Positions 38,524-47,581 of a stretch of DNA of 64,000 nucleotides are shown here, one piece after another (the stretch's first letter is position 1; every line of letters starts with the position of its first letter). Made by a program: the position numbers and the translations under genes. The DNA is from Candidatus Poseidoniales archaeon (GTDB lineage: Archaea > Thermoplasmatota > Poseidoniia > Poseidoniales > Poseidoniaceae): NCBI GenBank assembly GCA_019651595.1, contig BOYQ01000002.1, forward strand, positions 181,912 to 245,911, given 5' to 3'. The notes beneath the pieces are model-generated. The model searched no databases. It was not told the origin of the DNA and worked only from the letters and a program-made list of their open reading frames with translations.

Positions 38524-39001
38524 TCAATCTCACCTCCGCACTGACGGTCGCTGAGTGGGTGTGTCCGCTCACGCTTTCGGATACACCAACAAAGTACACC
38601 GAAACGTCCTCGCCGTCGGAAAACGACCAGGATGCATTGGTCAACACCACCTCGAGGAGGTCGCCGCTGTTCCAGTCCGTTCCACTCGGGAGCACGCTTT
38701 CCGATGTTGAGGTGGGTGTATCACCGTTGATGAGCACCTGGTAGTTGGTGGTGTCCAAGTTGTATTTGCCCGTGTTCAGGAAGTACAACGTGATGGTGTC
38801 GGCCGTCGTGTTGTGCGCCACCATGGCCGGGTCACCGGCCAAAGCGACACTCACGTGGTCGGCGTCCGATGTCGCTCGTTCGTTGACTTGCACCAAGCGA
38901 ACCGCATCGCTCCATTCGGAAACCAGGACGGCACCAGCGCCACCCGATATCAAAAGAGCCGTGATCAGCATGATCATCGAAGAAGCACCTCCGTCCGCCA
39001 T
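38510..39001 (-). CDS. flaG: FlaG/FlaF-family archaellum protein (FlaG by position)
   Basis: The ATG at 39001 (checked on the sequence) gives MADGGASSMIMLITALLISGGAGAVLV.., an archaellin-like N-terminal hydrophobic helix. A ~130-aa beta-rich domain follows (..ITLYFLNTGKYNLDTTNYQVLINGD..LEVVLTNASW..). The order flaF-flaG-flaH is the euryarchaeal convention. Confidence 0.7.
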   Translation of the reverse strand: MADGGASSMIMLITALLISGGAGAVLVSEWSDAVRLVQVNERATSDADHVSVALAGDPAMVAHNTTADTITLYFLNTGKYNLDTTNYQVLINGDTPTSTSESVLPSGTDWNSGDLLEVVLTNASWSFSDGEDVSVYFVGVSESVSGHTHSATVSAEVRLNAFA

Positions 39002-39005
39002 GCCA

Positions 39006-39650
39006 TCACCACAACCTGTGTCCAACGGTGGTCGTACCCACCGTGAGCGTCATTCGTTCATCGCCCGGGTGACCGGTGTCGTACCAGTTCAGAAACAGCG
39101 TCTCACCGGAAAACCACAAATTGGTCAGCGGTGGATTGTACACACTCGAAAACGGTGTTGCATTCTGACCGTCAAGGAACATCCAAACATCCTCGTGAGG
39201 GATGGTGGTTGCGCCCGTGTTGGTCAAGTTCGCGTAGAGGACGTTGCCTCGAACGGGGGTCAGGCTGGCTGCAGAGGTCGGCGTTCCGCCACCGTTGACG
39301 ACCAACGTCGGAAGCGAGGAATAGTTTCCGTGGCTGGTGACCACCACGGAGACAATGGCTCCCGAGCCATCAATCGTGTAGGTTGCTGAAAATCCGCCGG
39401 TTCCGCTGGAAGCCTCAATCGTGCCTCCGCTGCTGTAGCCTGCACCGCCGCTGGCAACGGTGACATCAACGATGGCGCCGGTGAACATCACCGCATCATC
39501 GATGGTGAAGGTCGGTGTGGGTTCGTCTGCATCTTCAATCCGGTCAACACCGGATTCGATTTGCAGCGAAATGGCCTGATGGGCCATGGAGAACACCATC
39601 AGCATCGAAATGCCGATGATGAGCCCGCCTACACCAACCGAAGCACCCAT
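39006..39650 (-). CDS. flaF: FlaF/FlaG-family archaellum protein (FlaF by position) with an inserted G/S/T-rich domain
   Basis: The ATG at 39650 gives MGASVGVGGLIIGISMLMVFSMAHQAISLQIESG.. (N-terminal hydrophobic helix). The C-terminus is ..NLTNTGATTIPHEDVWMFLDGQ..NLWFSGETLFLNWYD... The upstream 132 codons of track ORF 39006..40046 belong to the preceding gene. Confidence 0.65.
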   Translation of the reverse strand: MGASVGVGGLIIGISMLMVFSMAHQAISLQIESGVDRIEDADEPTPTFTIDDAVMFTGAIVDVTVASGGAGYSSGGTIEASSGTGGFSATYTIDGSGAIVSVVVTSHGNYSSLPTLVVNGGGTPTSAASLTPVRGNVLYANLTNTGATTIPHEDVWMFLDGQNATPFSSVYNPPLTNLWFSGETLFLNWYDTGHPGDERMTLTVGTTTVGHRLW

Positions 39651-39651
39651 G

Positions 39652-40501
39652 TCACTCTTCACCCCGAAGCATGTGGAGCTGTCGCCAGGACGAGACCAAC
39701 GCCGAGAACACCAACAGTTCCCGATGCGGCAAGTGGTCCTCAAGCGCCGTTTCGGATCGCCGGGTTCTGCCAACTGAACGATGGCGAGAACGGCGTCGCC
39801 TTCCTCTTGCGTCAACATACCGGATTCCATGGCCTTTTGCGTGAAACTCACGGCGGCCATGCCGGACATGTGGTCGAGGAGCAAGGCTGCGACCGTGGGT
39901 GCGCCTGTACTGGTTTGGTTGCCGGACCCGCTTGAACGTGGAGCGACGAGGAACGGATTGGCCGCCAACGCTTGCGCTTCGTACAGCTCAACCAGTTGGC
40001 CCTGGTCGTCTTCCATCATACGAGACGTACCACCGACTTCCACCACTTCACCGCTGGCGGTGATGATGCGATCGCCGGTTACGACATCCTCGTCGAGGGA
40101 CTCATCGTCGTGGTCCTCGGCGTCCCGCCAGTTTCCGCCTGAGCGGGCACGCCTTCTTCGAGGCGGTGTTCCACCATGCGCAGAACATCCTCGACCATGT
40201 CGAGACGACTGCTGATGAGGCGCTCAAGACCTGACGTGTCCACCGTAGCGGGGGCTGAGGGCACCGGCGGGGGTGCCGGCGCAAGCGTGGCCGCCACGTT
40301 GGGGACGCTCTGTTGGCTGTTGATCCGAGCCCGTGTTGGACCGGGGGAAATGGTCCACGCATCCTCTTCGGTGAGCATCCCCTGTTCGGGGAACGGCACC
40401 TGTTCAATGGCCACGTTGGCCAAAATTTTCAGGCGCTCTTCGCTCAAGTTTTGGTCTGCGCTTTTGTTTCCACCCGAGTTTCCACTGAATGGCCATGCCA
40501 T
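39652..40501 (-). CDS. Hypothetical archaellum-operon protein in the FlaC/D/E position, two frameshifts
   Basis: The ATG at 40501 is preceded by GGAGGT (7-nt spacer). MAWPFSGNSGGNKSADQNLSEERLKILANVAIEQ..LERLISSRLDMVEDVLRMVEHRLEEGVPAQAE then changes frame at ~40140-40150. It continues GNWRDAEDHDDESLDEDVVTGDRIITASGEVVEVGGTSRMMEDD..LLLDHMSGMAAVSFTQKAMESGMLTQEEGDAVLAIVQLAEPGDPK and changes frame again at ~39745-39760. It ends TALEDHLPHRELLVFSALVSSWRQLHMLRGEE* with the stop at 39652-39654, 1 nt before the flaF ATG. I found no recognisable family motif. Confidence 0.5.
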
Positions 40502-40517
40502 GTGATAACCTCCTTCC

Positions 40518-40537
40518 GAGAGTCGGGGATGACTCTC
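40518..40537 (-). promoter_or_regulatory. Stem-loop between the archaellin genes and the downstream archaellum genes
   Basis: Perfect 7-bp inverted repeat GAGAGTC-N6-GACTCTC, 8 nt after the archaellin-2 stop (40546-40548) and just upstream of the GGAGGT/ATG of the next gene. No T-tract follows, so it is a candidate processing or attenuation hairpin rather than a canonical terminator. Confidence 0.4.
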
Positions 40538-40545
40538 AGAAGTGA

Positions 40546-41093
40546 TCAAACCACAAGGGCGCCAGCAGAGGTGTCGTCAACGGTCAGCGTCTCGTAGGTC
40601 GTACCGCCGTTCAGGACGTGCAAGTACAACTGGGACTTGGAAACGGCGTCAGGTCCGCAGTCCACAGCATTGTTGTCGGCATCGATGTAGACGATGTAGC
40701 CGACACCAACCAGGAGGTTGCCGGTGATGTCGAGCTCGGTTTCCATGACGTGAACATCGCCGTTGGCAAGAGTGCCCTCAACGATGCCTTGGCACAGAAG
40801 ACCTGGTACGAGATGCCGGTGGCCGGCGTGGGGTCACTGCCGGGTGCGAGACGCACGACGAGATGGTACTCGTCCGAGACCGCAGTGGCACTGCCCGTAC
40901 CGACGTAAGCGGTGTTGATCGCTGATCTTCCCGCTCATCTCGTCCGCAGTGTCATCACCTGCGGTTGTGCGTTCTGTTGGAGTTTCTCAGCGGTTTGAAT
41001 GATGACGGCTGCAGCAACGGCAGCGACCAAAATCAGTGCAATGAACACGATCATGGCACCAATACCGATGGCTGCGATCTTGTCGTCCTTCAT
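40546..41093 (-). CDS. flaB: Archaellin (FlaB/ArlB) copy 2, at least 3 frameshifts
   Basis: The ATG at 41093 gives [43 protein letters not shown].., a class III signal peptide plus the conserved archaellin N-terminal helix. Hand translation then needs frame changes at ~40955, ~40915 and ~40800 to read ..AGDDTADEMSGKIS / INTAYVGTGSATAVSDEYHLVVRLAPGSDPTPATGISYQV / ..IVEGTLANGDVHVMETELDITGNLLVGVGYIVYIDADNNAVDCGPDAVSKSQLYLHVLNGGTTYETLTVDDTSAGALVV*. Confidence 0.8.
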
Positions 41094-41116
41094 GGCATCA
41101 GCGTGCGTGTTGGTCT

Positions 41117-41687
41117 TCAAATGACCACCTCGCCGTTTCCAACGCCGCCGCCGTAGTTCAGAACTTCGTAGGTGAAACCTCCGGTTCCAGGGCTGGACGT
41201 TGAGCGTGTGCTGATCGTTGGCAGGGGGGGACCCCGGGGGCAGGTTGAGCTGCACCGTGTAGGTCGCACCTGGATTGATGGTCGGGCCCGCCGTACCGGT
41301 GAGGTCTTGGCTGCGTTGGTCGTACCGCGGCGCCAAAGTCCCCGGTGTCCGGGTTTCACCGTTGACCCAAATCTGAAGTGATCAACCACTGAATGGTCGT
41401 GGCCTGACCGGGTCCGAGCCGGGAGCCAGCTCAAAGGTCTACGTACAGGTCATCCGTGTTCTGATGACCACCGACTTGACGGAAATCTTTGATGCCATCA
41501 TGTCGGTCGTGTCCTCACCCGTGGTCTGTGCGTTCTGCTGCAACTTCTCGGCCGTCTGGATGATGACCGCAGCTGCCACCGCAGCAACCAGGATCAGCGC
41601 AATGAAGACGATCATTGCACCAATACCGATCGCGGCGACGTTGTCGCGTTGTTCGTTCTTCGTTTCATGTTTCATGTTTTTCACCAT
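41117..41687 (-). CDS. flaB: Archaellin (FlaB/ArlB) copy 1, at least 5 frameshifts
   Basis: The ATG at 41687 (or 41675) gives [74 protein letters not shown]... Hand translation continues only with frame changes near 41460, 41434, 41408, 41380 and 41190. The pieces are NTDDLYVDL / ELAPGSDP / [10 protein letters not shown] / [63 protein letters not shown] / [23 protein letters not shown]. Confidence 0.8.
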
Positions 41688-41731
41688 TTTTTTCTTTTTT
41701 CCCCCGCCTCTGCGGGTGGAACAGGATGCGG

Positions 41732-42673
41732 TCAAAGAGCACCTCCTTGACCGAGGTTGATGCGAAGCGGCATGCGGAGCACAGCCACCTCGTCGGGAGC
41801 AAGATTGCGGATGAACGGTACCTCTTCGGCAGAGAAGCCTGGAGGAATCCAAGGCGTGAGCAACACTTCGGAGAGCGGTTCCATGGAGCGGTTCTGAACG
41901 CGCATGGTGACCGTGATTTCGCCCGAGCGCATCTCGTAGGCCGTGGCCACCGACAATTTGCGAGTCAGCGGAATGTCTTCGGATGAGAGACGGTAGTCGG
42001 GTTGAATGTCAAAGCGGAGCGGGATGTTGCCCCCCGGGGCGATGATGGGCAGGTCGACGTTGGGGGGATTGGCGGTCCAGCCCTCGGGGACGGGCGGCTT
42101 CAGACGAAGCATCGGCATCGGAATGGGGCCGTCGTTGATGACGCGTACGAGCAGAACACCGGATTCGCCGCCTGCCGGCCAGCGCGTGTCCACACCCATC
42201 CAGAAGTGGCGGAACAAGAAGGGGTTCAGTGTTGAGGTGTTCCCGCCGATCATGTCCTCGAGCAGGTCTTCAACCTCCTCGGTTGACGTTCGAATGTCGC
42301 CGACCTCGGCGGCAGCGGTCGCCTCGCGGAGTTTGTAGAGAATGCGCTCAGCCTCTTCAAGCGAGATGTGCTTGTGCACCAACAGCCGGTGAAGCATGGC
42401 GATGCTTCGTCGAAGGTGAAGCACGTCTTCCTCCAGTTCTTCGAGGGTTCGTTCCGCACGTCGGAGCGATTTCTTCGCCCTGCTGAGTTGGTGGAGGCTG
42501 AGATGGACCTTCACTTCGCCGAGGTCCATTTCGGACTCGGCAAGCGAGGGGTTCTCACGCTTGGCGGCTTGACGAGCGATGCGCTCGAGGGTTTGCGAAG
42601 CCTCGCGAATGCCCTGTTCTCGAGCGGCGCGGTCTTCGGCCAGCAGGTCGGCCGTTGCGTCGTCGTCAGTCAT
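41732..42673 (-). CDS. Coiled-coil plus beta-sandwich (CARDB/NEW3-like) protein without signal peptide, immediately upstream of the archaellins
   Basis: The likely start ATG at 42673 overlaps the upstream stop by 8 nt: [40 protein letters not shown]... The next ~150 aa are heptad-like and charged (..[30 protein letters not shown]..). The C-terminus reads ..[81 protein letters not shown]... This matches the V-x-V-x-N-x-G / P-x-GW beta-sandwich pattern. Confidence 0.6.
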   Translation of the reverse strand: MTDDDATADLLAEDRAAREQGIREASQTLERIARQAAKRENPSLAESEMDLGEVKVHLSLHQLSRAKKSLRRAERTLEELEEDVLHLRRSIAMLHRLLVHKHISLEEAERILYKLREATAAAEVGDIRTSTEEVEDLLEDMIGGNTSTLNPFLFRHFWMGVDTRWPAGGESGVLLVRVINDGPIPMPMLRLKPPVPEGWTANPPNVDLPIIAPGGNIPLRFDIQPDYRLSSEDIPLTRKLSVATAYEMRSGEITVTMRVQNRSMEPLSEVLLTPWIPPGFSAEEVPFIRNLAPDEVAVLRMPLRINLGQGGAL

Positions 42674-43531
42674 CGCTTTCCACCTCCGTGTCCGTGTCAA
42701 GTTCAAGATTGCTGGTAGCAGGTTTCTCGGTTTCACCTGCGGAGGCAGCCGCCGCAGGAGCAGGGGCACGTTCGCCCAGAATGGCGGAGAAATCAAGTCC
42801 GTCATCGGCCAAGTCGTTGAGCAGACGGGCAGGGTCGCTCAGGTCCCGTTCAATACGAATGGACTTGATTTCGGCATCGGTCATCCTTCCGTACAGGTTG
42901 CCGTACATCTTGTCGGAACGCTTCAGGAGGAACCAAACACCGAGCATGATGATGAAGAAATACGCCGCCATGACGACCAGGTTGTCGCTGCCGGTGGAGA
43001 GTTGAGGTGGCAAGCCAAGGACAATGGCCAGCATGCCCAGAACCGGGATGGACAGGATGATGGTCAGTTGACGTCGGCTGTCTTTCAGGGCCTCAAAGTG
43101 GTCGGAATACACCGTTGAGGTCCCTTTTCGAGCACGCTGATAATCCTCGTGAATCAGCCTGAACTCGTCGCTGCTCTTCCATGTCATCCGCCAAATCCAC
43201 AGGGCGCACAGCACCAAGACGGCAGGGCCGTAGTAGGTCATGTTGAACAGGTGGAACGCAAACCAAACGCAACGACGCCGGCGTAAACACCGGCGAGCTG
43301 CCACTTTTCGGACTGGCTGGCCAGCCGAACAAAGACGAGGGAGAGAAGGGCAGCCACCACACACGCCACGAAAGCGACGGACAAGTCGGGCGACCAAGAC
43401 CGGACCGTCTCCTCGCCGAGGTCAACCCCCTGCGAACGGTCGTTGCTTTCGACGTTGCCGTCGCCGACGTGACCGAACGACAAGGTGGCGTCGCACTGAA
43501 CGGTTCGCTCTGTCTCCCACCAGTCGATCAC
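42666..43531 (-). CDS. 4-TM membrane protein with acidic cytoplasmic tail, one internal frameshift (possibly the C-terminal anchor of the upstream giant protein)
   Basis: Track ORF 43238..43531 (..DLSVAFVACVVAALLSLVFVRLASQSEKWQLAGVYAGVVAFG) changes frame at ~43250-43260. It continues in 42666..43397 ([82 protein letters not shown]). Confidence 0.6.
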
Positions 43532-43678
43532 GACTGGACGGACGTCCCACGTGTACCGTGGGCGTCGGTGGCGTTCATCTGGCTGACCGGATCCGGCTCG
43601 CTCAGGATCTCAACATCGCCGTTGCAATCCAGCGAGGCACCAACGCCATAGGCAAGAGCAGTCCCTATGTTGCAACGG

Positions 43679-46600
43679 TCACCTCGTACTGGGTTGTTTG
43701 ACCCTCAAAGAACGCCTCGGGGTCAACGGGCCCTGGGCGATGATGGCCGGGTCTGCAAACACCGCCAGCCGATAGGTGAAGACGTCTTCGTCGTACACGG
43801 TGTAGCCGTTGTGCTCATCGGGGTGATAGAGGCGGAAGGTCAGGTCCCATCCGTCGCCGGGCAGCATGTGCGGAGGGTTGGGGGTGTCCACCACCAGCAC
43901 GATGGGGTCGGTGGTGAACCATGCCTGTCGACTGGGCAACGTGATGCGAGATTCAGGACCCAGCGAGGTCGGGCCGCAAAACGCCGACATGTTCAGCGGG
44001 TAGTCGGTGTCTTCAATGCGAATGGCAAACGTCCATTCGAAATCACTCTCAGAGGCGTTGGCGTCGTGGTCCTTTGGGTCCTCGAGGCGCTCAGCCCTGC
44101 AGAGTTCAAGCTCGTAGGCAACAGCGGTTTCCGGACCGCTTGGGATGTGAGAATATTCGATTTCGAAGGGCTGGGGGGTGTTATCGCGCGGCGGCGTGAC
44201 ATAGGTATCGCCGTACTCAAAGAAACGGTCCATCCGCAAATCGGTGTAGTACTCGGCGCTCCCCTGAACCGCTGTGTCAACCGGGTCGAGTGTGAGGATG
44301 AAGTTGGCGGCCAGGGTGAGCGGAGGTTGTGGGGCGACGTTGGTGATGCTGAAGGAGAACGGCACGGATTGACCACGTGGCAAAAACAAGGTGTTGGGGG
44401 CGGTCGAGGACACAGACCAGTCCAAACTCGGTTGCGTCAAACCTCCCTCCAAAAGGGTGTAGGTGAGGTTCACCTCCACGTCTTTGTTGCCGGTGTTGGT
44501 GAATTCCACGTCCCACGTTCTGGCGATACCGCGATGGTATTCCATGGTCGATGGCCAGTTTTCAACCTCGACCATAAACAACGGTGCGACCATGAATCGG
44601 AAGGAATGAACCTTCAGCTCTTCCTGCGTGGTGGCGTTGAGGATTCGGAGGGTGACAGGATACACAGCCCCGTTGACCATGCTGTCATCGTCCGAAAGGG
44701 CCGGGACCTCCACGTCAAACGTTCCCGTGTGTGCGGCACCGACGTTCAGCTGCAACGGTAACACGGCGGGCGTCACGGTCCAATCGCCGGCCACCGTGGT
44801 CTCAACGATGATGTCCTCGATCAGGTTACCGTTGTTGATGATGGAGAAATCAACGGTTTGGGTCTCGCCCGGGATGACACCGATTTCTGTCAGGGTGTCA
44901 ACCACCAAGCCGTGCTGTTCGCTGATGTTTCCGAGAATGTTCGCCGAGAGGTTCAGGCCGGATTCAGCGTTGGACACCCACACCGTTGCGAAGTAGTTAG
45001 CGGCGGCCAGTGCATCGGTGGTGGGGGACAGTCGAACGCGCACGGTTGACTCGTAGCCCGCACCGATTTGCACGACCGTTGGCGTTTCGAGCACGAACTC
45101 AATCTCACCAGCGTTTGAGGTGTCAAGGTAGACGCCAAAGGTCGCCGGCGTGTTGCCGTCGTTGCTAATGATAACACTCGTGGTGATGGTCTCGCCGATG
45201 GACATGTTCACGGTTTGGCTGCTGGGGGAGAGCGAGGCGTTGACCTTCTCTCCGACGCGTACCGGGACATCAAAGGAGTTGATGTAAACGCCCGATGACA
45301 TCTCATAAACGTCGACACCGATCACCTCTACGCTGTTGGCCGGCGCTTCGGGGTCGGTGGTGAGGATGAGCGGGAAGGTGGCGACGTGGGTCGTTGCATT
45401 GGAGGGGTAGTCCGCCACGTCCGCCGGTACATCCGTCACGGTGGTGGAGGGCATGATGCTGCTGGGGCTGAAGGAGACCTCCCAGCCGTCGGGGATTTGG
45501 TTGTTCAGCACCAAACGGTAGGACGTCATGTTGTTCCCGGTGTTGGCAAGGTCGATGTCAAACGTAGTCTCCTCGCCGACCATGGCGTCGAGCGTCGTGC
45601 CGTTATGGCCCTCTACGCCCAGCACCGGCGGGATGTTGACGGTCAGGGTTTGCGAGATGGACGTGGGAATCACGTTCGCGCTGCTGTGAGCGGCCCCCAA
45701 GGTAGGCGTGGCTGTGATGGGAATGGACAGCGAGCCGGCCACCGAAAAGTCGTCCGCCGGTCCTTGGATTGTCAAGGTCGCTTGACGGGTTTCGCCAAGG
45801 GACATGCCAGGAAGGAAGGTGGTGGGGAGGCCAACCGCCCAGCGAGCGGCCTCCGAGAAACCGCCCGACGAATCCGAGGTAAACACGGGCGTGCCGAGGG
45901 CCAAGGTGGCGTCCACCGTCTCGTCCAATTCGGTGATGAGGTTGTGGCGCACCTCAACGTCAAGCTGAAGGATTTCGTCCAGACCGCTCCCCTGTTGCGC
46001 CTGGAGCACCTGTTCAACCGTCATGTCGATGGATTGCGTGGGCAGACCGGGGTCAACCACGATCACCGGCAGGATACGGACGGGCGTGGCGTTGACTTGG
46101 GGTACGCCTCCGTTCACGGACACGGCTTGGGCCCACACGGACATCGTGTCGCCCGCACCGTTGTATTCAGCGTCCACGAGCGGGTTCTGAATCACCGGCG
46201 GCGTCACGGTTAAGGTGACGTTGACGGCTTCACCGGGCTGAAGCGTACCCGTGGTGGCCGAGGAGAAGGAGAGGTCCCAGTTGATGGGGTTGGTGGAAAT
46301 GCCGGCGTTCAGCGAAAAAGACGTGGGGGCATTGCCATCGTTGCGGACCTTGACCTGCAGGGGCGTGGGGTTGCCGGGCGTGAGGGATTTGGTGTCGCTG
46401 TCCATCTCCACCGTCCCATCGTAGGATTCACTGGCCACCACAACCGTCGAGACGCTCTTGGCGAAGGAGCCCCCGTTGGAGGTGATGCGAAGGGTGACGA
46501 CTTCGGAATGGGTACGCAGGGCCGTGGCCGGCACCGTCACGTCAATGAACACGTACGTGGTGTTGCCGGCGGGTACCGTTGGCGTGGAGGGCGTGGGAGT

Positions 46601-47581
46601 GATGCCCGTCACCCACCATTTCACGCCCGAGACGTTGACCTGATAGTCATCCACGCTCACCCCTGTGTTTTCAATGGCGTAGGTGAGCACGGCGGTTTGT
46701 CCGGGCTCTACGCTGCGGTCGTGGGCTGCGATGATGTCAAAGTCATAGTTGGAAAACACCACCCGCTGGTTCAGGAATTGAATGGATTTTTGCCAGTTCA
46801 TGCCCGAAACGTGCATCTCCCCAACGACGTCCCATTGCCCCGTCAGGGACGTGGCATCGAACTGCATGAACACGGGGTAGAGGCTCGGCCCCACCGTGTG
46901 GAGCGAACCGGGGCGAACCACCGACACGATGTTTGAGGGCCTGGAGAACGTGTTGCTGGGGTTGCCGACTTCGGTGAAGTTAAGGAAAAATTGCGCCGAT
47001 TGGTTCTTGACACCGTCGTTGCGAACGCTGACGTTGAAGTCGTGGATGGTTTGGGACCACACCACGCTGCTGGCGCCGCTGGTTGGCTGAGGGATGTCCA
47101 CCACGGGAACGCTGCTGTTTTGATAGCGACTGACGTTGACGATCATCTGGTCTTCGTTGTTGGAGGGGTCAATGTCGCCGCTGATTGAAACGCGGGCTTT
47201 CAAAATCTGATTGGCCCCGAGGGTAGCCGACCATGAAAAGACGGAAACGGCGCTCGAGGCCCCGGCTGCAATGACGCCAAGGTCGGTGCTGTCCAACACC
47301 ACGTCGCCTGAGGTCGCGGTGCCTTGGAGCAGCAGCGTGAGCGAGGCTTGGCCTGCGCCCAACCCGATGTTTTGGACCTGGACTCGGACGACGTGAGTGG
47401 CGTCCTCGACCTCAATGCCACCGCCGAGGTACATTGAACCCGCATCGTCAAGCGTGAAGGACGACACCACGAAGTCGGGGTTTGAGCGGCCGTTGTCAGC
47501 CACGGCGAGTGGCGTGAGGGTGGCGAGGAGCATGACCGCCACCAGCGCCAGCGGAACCGTGGGCTTAGACAGGGTCGGCAC
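43679..47581 (-). CDS. ~1,300-aa secreted surface protein built of repeated CARDB-like beta-sandwich modules
   Basis: Track ORF 43679..47785. Its first 68 codons overlap the preceding gene. GTG at 47581 gives (M)PTLSKPTVPLALVAVMLLATLTPLAVA-DNG.., a clean signal peptide. Modules of about 100 aa by eye follow, with the pattern V-x-V-x-[VI]-x-N-x-G-x(6-10)-[LV] (..HVVRVQVQNIGLGAGQASLTLLL.., ..FNVSVRNDGVKNQSAQFFLNF.., ..LQVKVRNDGNAPTSFSLNA.., ..SVIISNDGNTPATFGVYLD.., ..VDFSIINNGNLIEDIIVET.., ..WDVEFTNTGNKDVEVNLTY..). Confidence 0.8.
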   Translation of the reverse strand: MPTLSKPTVPLALVAVMLLATLTPLAVADNGRSNPDFVVSSFTLDDAGSMYLGGGIEVEDATHVVRVQVQNIGLGAGQASLTLLLQGTATSGDVVLDSTDLGVIAAGASSAVSVFSWSATLGANQILKARVSISGDIDPSNNEDQMIVNVSRYQNSSVPVVDIPQPTSGASSVVWSQTIHDFNVSVRNDGVKNQSAQFFLNFTEVGNPSNTFSRPSNIVSVVRPGSLHTVGPSLYPVFMQFDATSLTGQWDVVGEMHVSGMNWQKSIQFLNQRVVFSNYDFDIIAAHDRSVEPGQTAVLTYAIENTGVSVDDYQVNVSGVKWWVTGITPTPSTPTVPAGNTTYVFIDVTVPATALRTHSEVVTLRITSNGGSFAKSVSTVVVASESYDGTVEMDSDTKSLTPGNPTPLQVKVRNDGNAPTSFSLNAGISTNPINWDLSFSSATTGTLQPGEAVNVTLTVTPPVIQNPLVDAEYNGAGDTMSVWAQAVSVNGGVPQVNATPVRILPVIVVDPGLPTQSIDMTVEQVLQAQQGSGLDEILQLDVEVRHNLITELDETVDATLALGTPVFTSDSSGGFSEAARWAVGLPTTFLPGMSLGETRQATLTIQGPADDFSVAGSLSIPITATPTLGAAHSSANVIPTSISQTLTVNIPPVLGVEGHNGTTLDAMVGEETTFDIDLANTGNNMTSYRLVLNNQIPDGWEVSFSPSSIMPSTTVTDVPADVADYPSNATTHVATFPLILTTDPEAPANSVEVIGVDVYEMSSGVYINSFDVPVRVGEKVNASLSPSSQTVNMSIGETITTSVIISNDGNTPATFGVYLDTSNAGEIEFVLETPTVVQIGAGYESTVRVRLSPTTDALAAANYFATVWVSNAESGLNLSANILGNISEQHGLVVDTLTEIGVIPGETQTVDFSIINNGNLIEDIIVETTVAGDWTVTPAVLPLQLNVGAAHTGTFDVEVPALSDDDSMVNGAVYPVTLRILNATTQEELKVHSFRFMVAPLFMVEVENWPSTMEYHRGIARTWDVEFTNTGNKDVEVNLTYTLLEGGLTQPSLDWSVSSTAPNTLFLPRGQSVPFSFSITNVAPQPPLTLAANFILTLDPVDTAVQGSAEYYTDLRMDRFFEYGDTYVTPPRDNTPQPFEIEYSHIPSGPETAVAYELELCRAERLEDPKDHDANASESDFEWTFAIRIEDTDYPLNMSAFCGPTSLGPESRITLPSRQAWFTTDPIVLVVDTPNPPHMLPGDGWDLTFRLYHPDEHNGYTVYDEDVFTYRLAVFADPAIIAQGPLTPRRSLRVKQPSTR

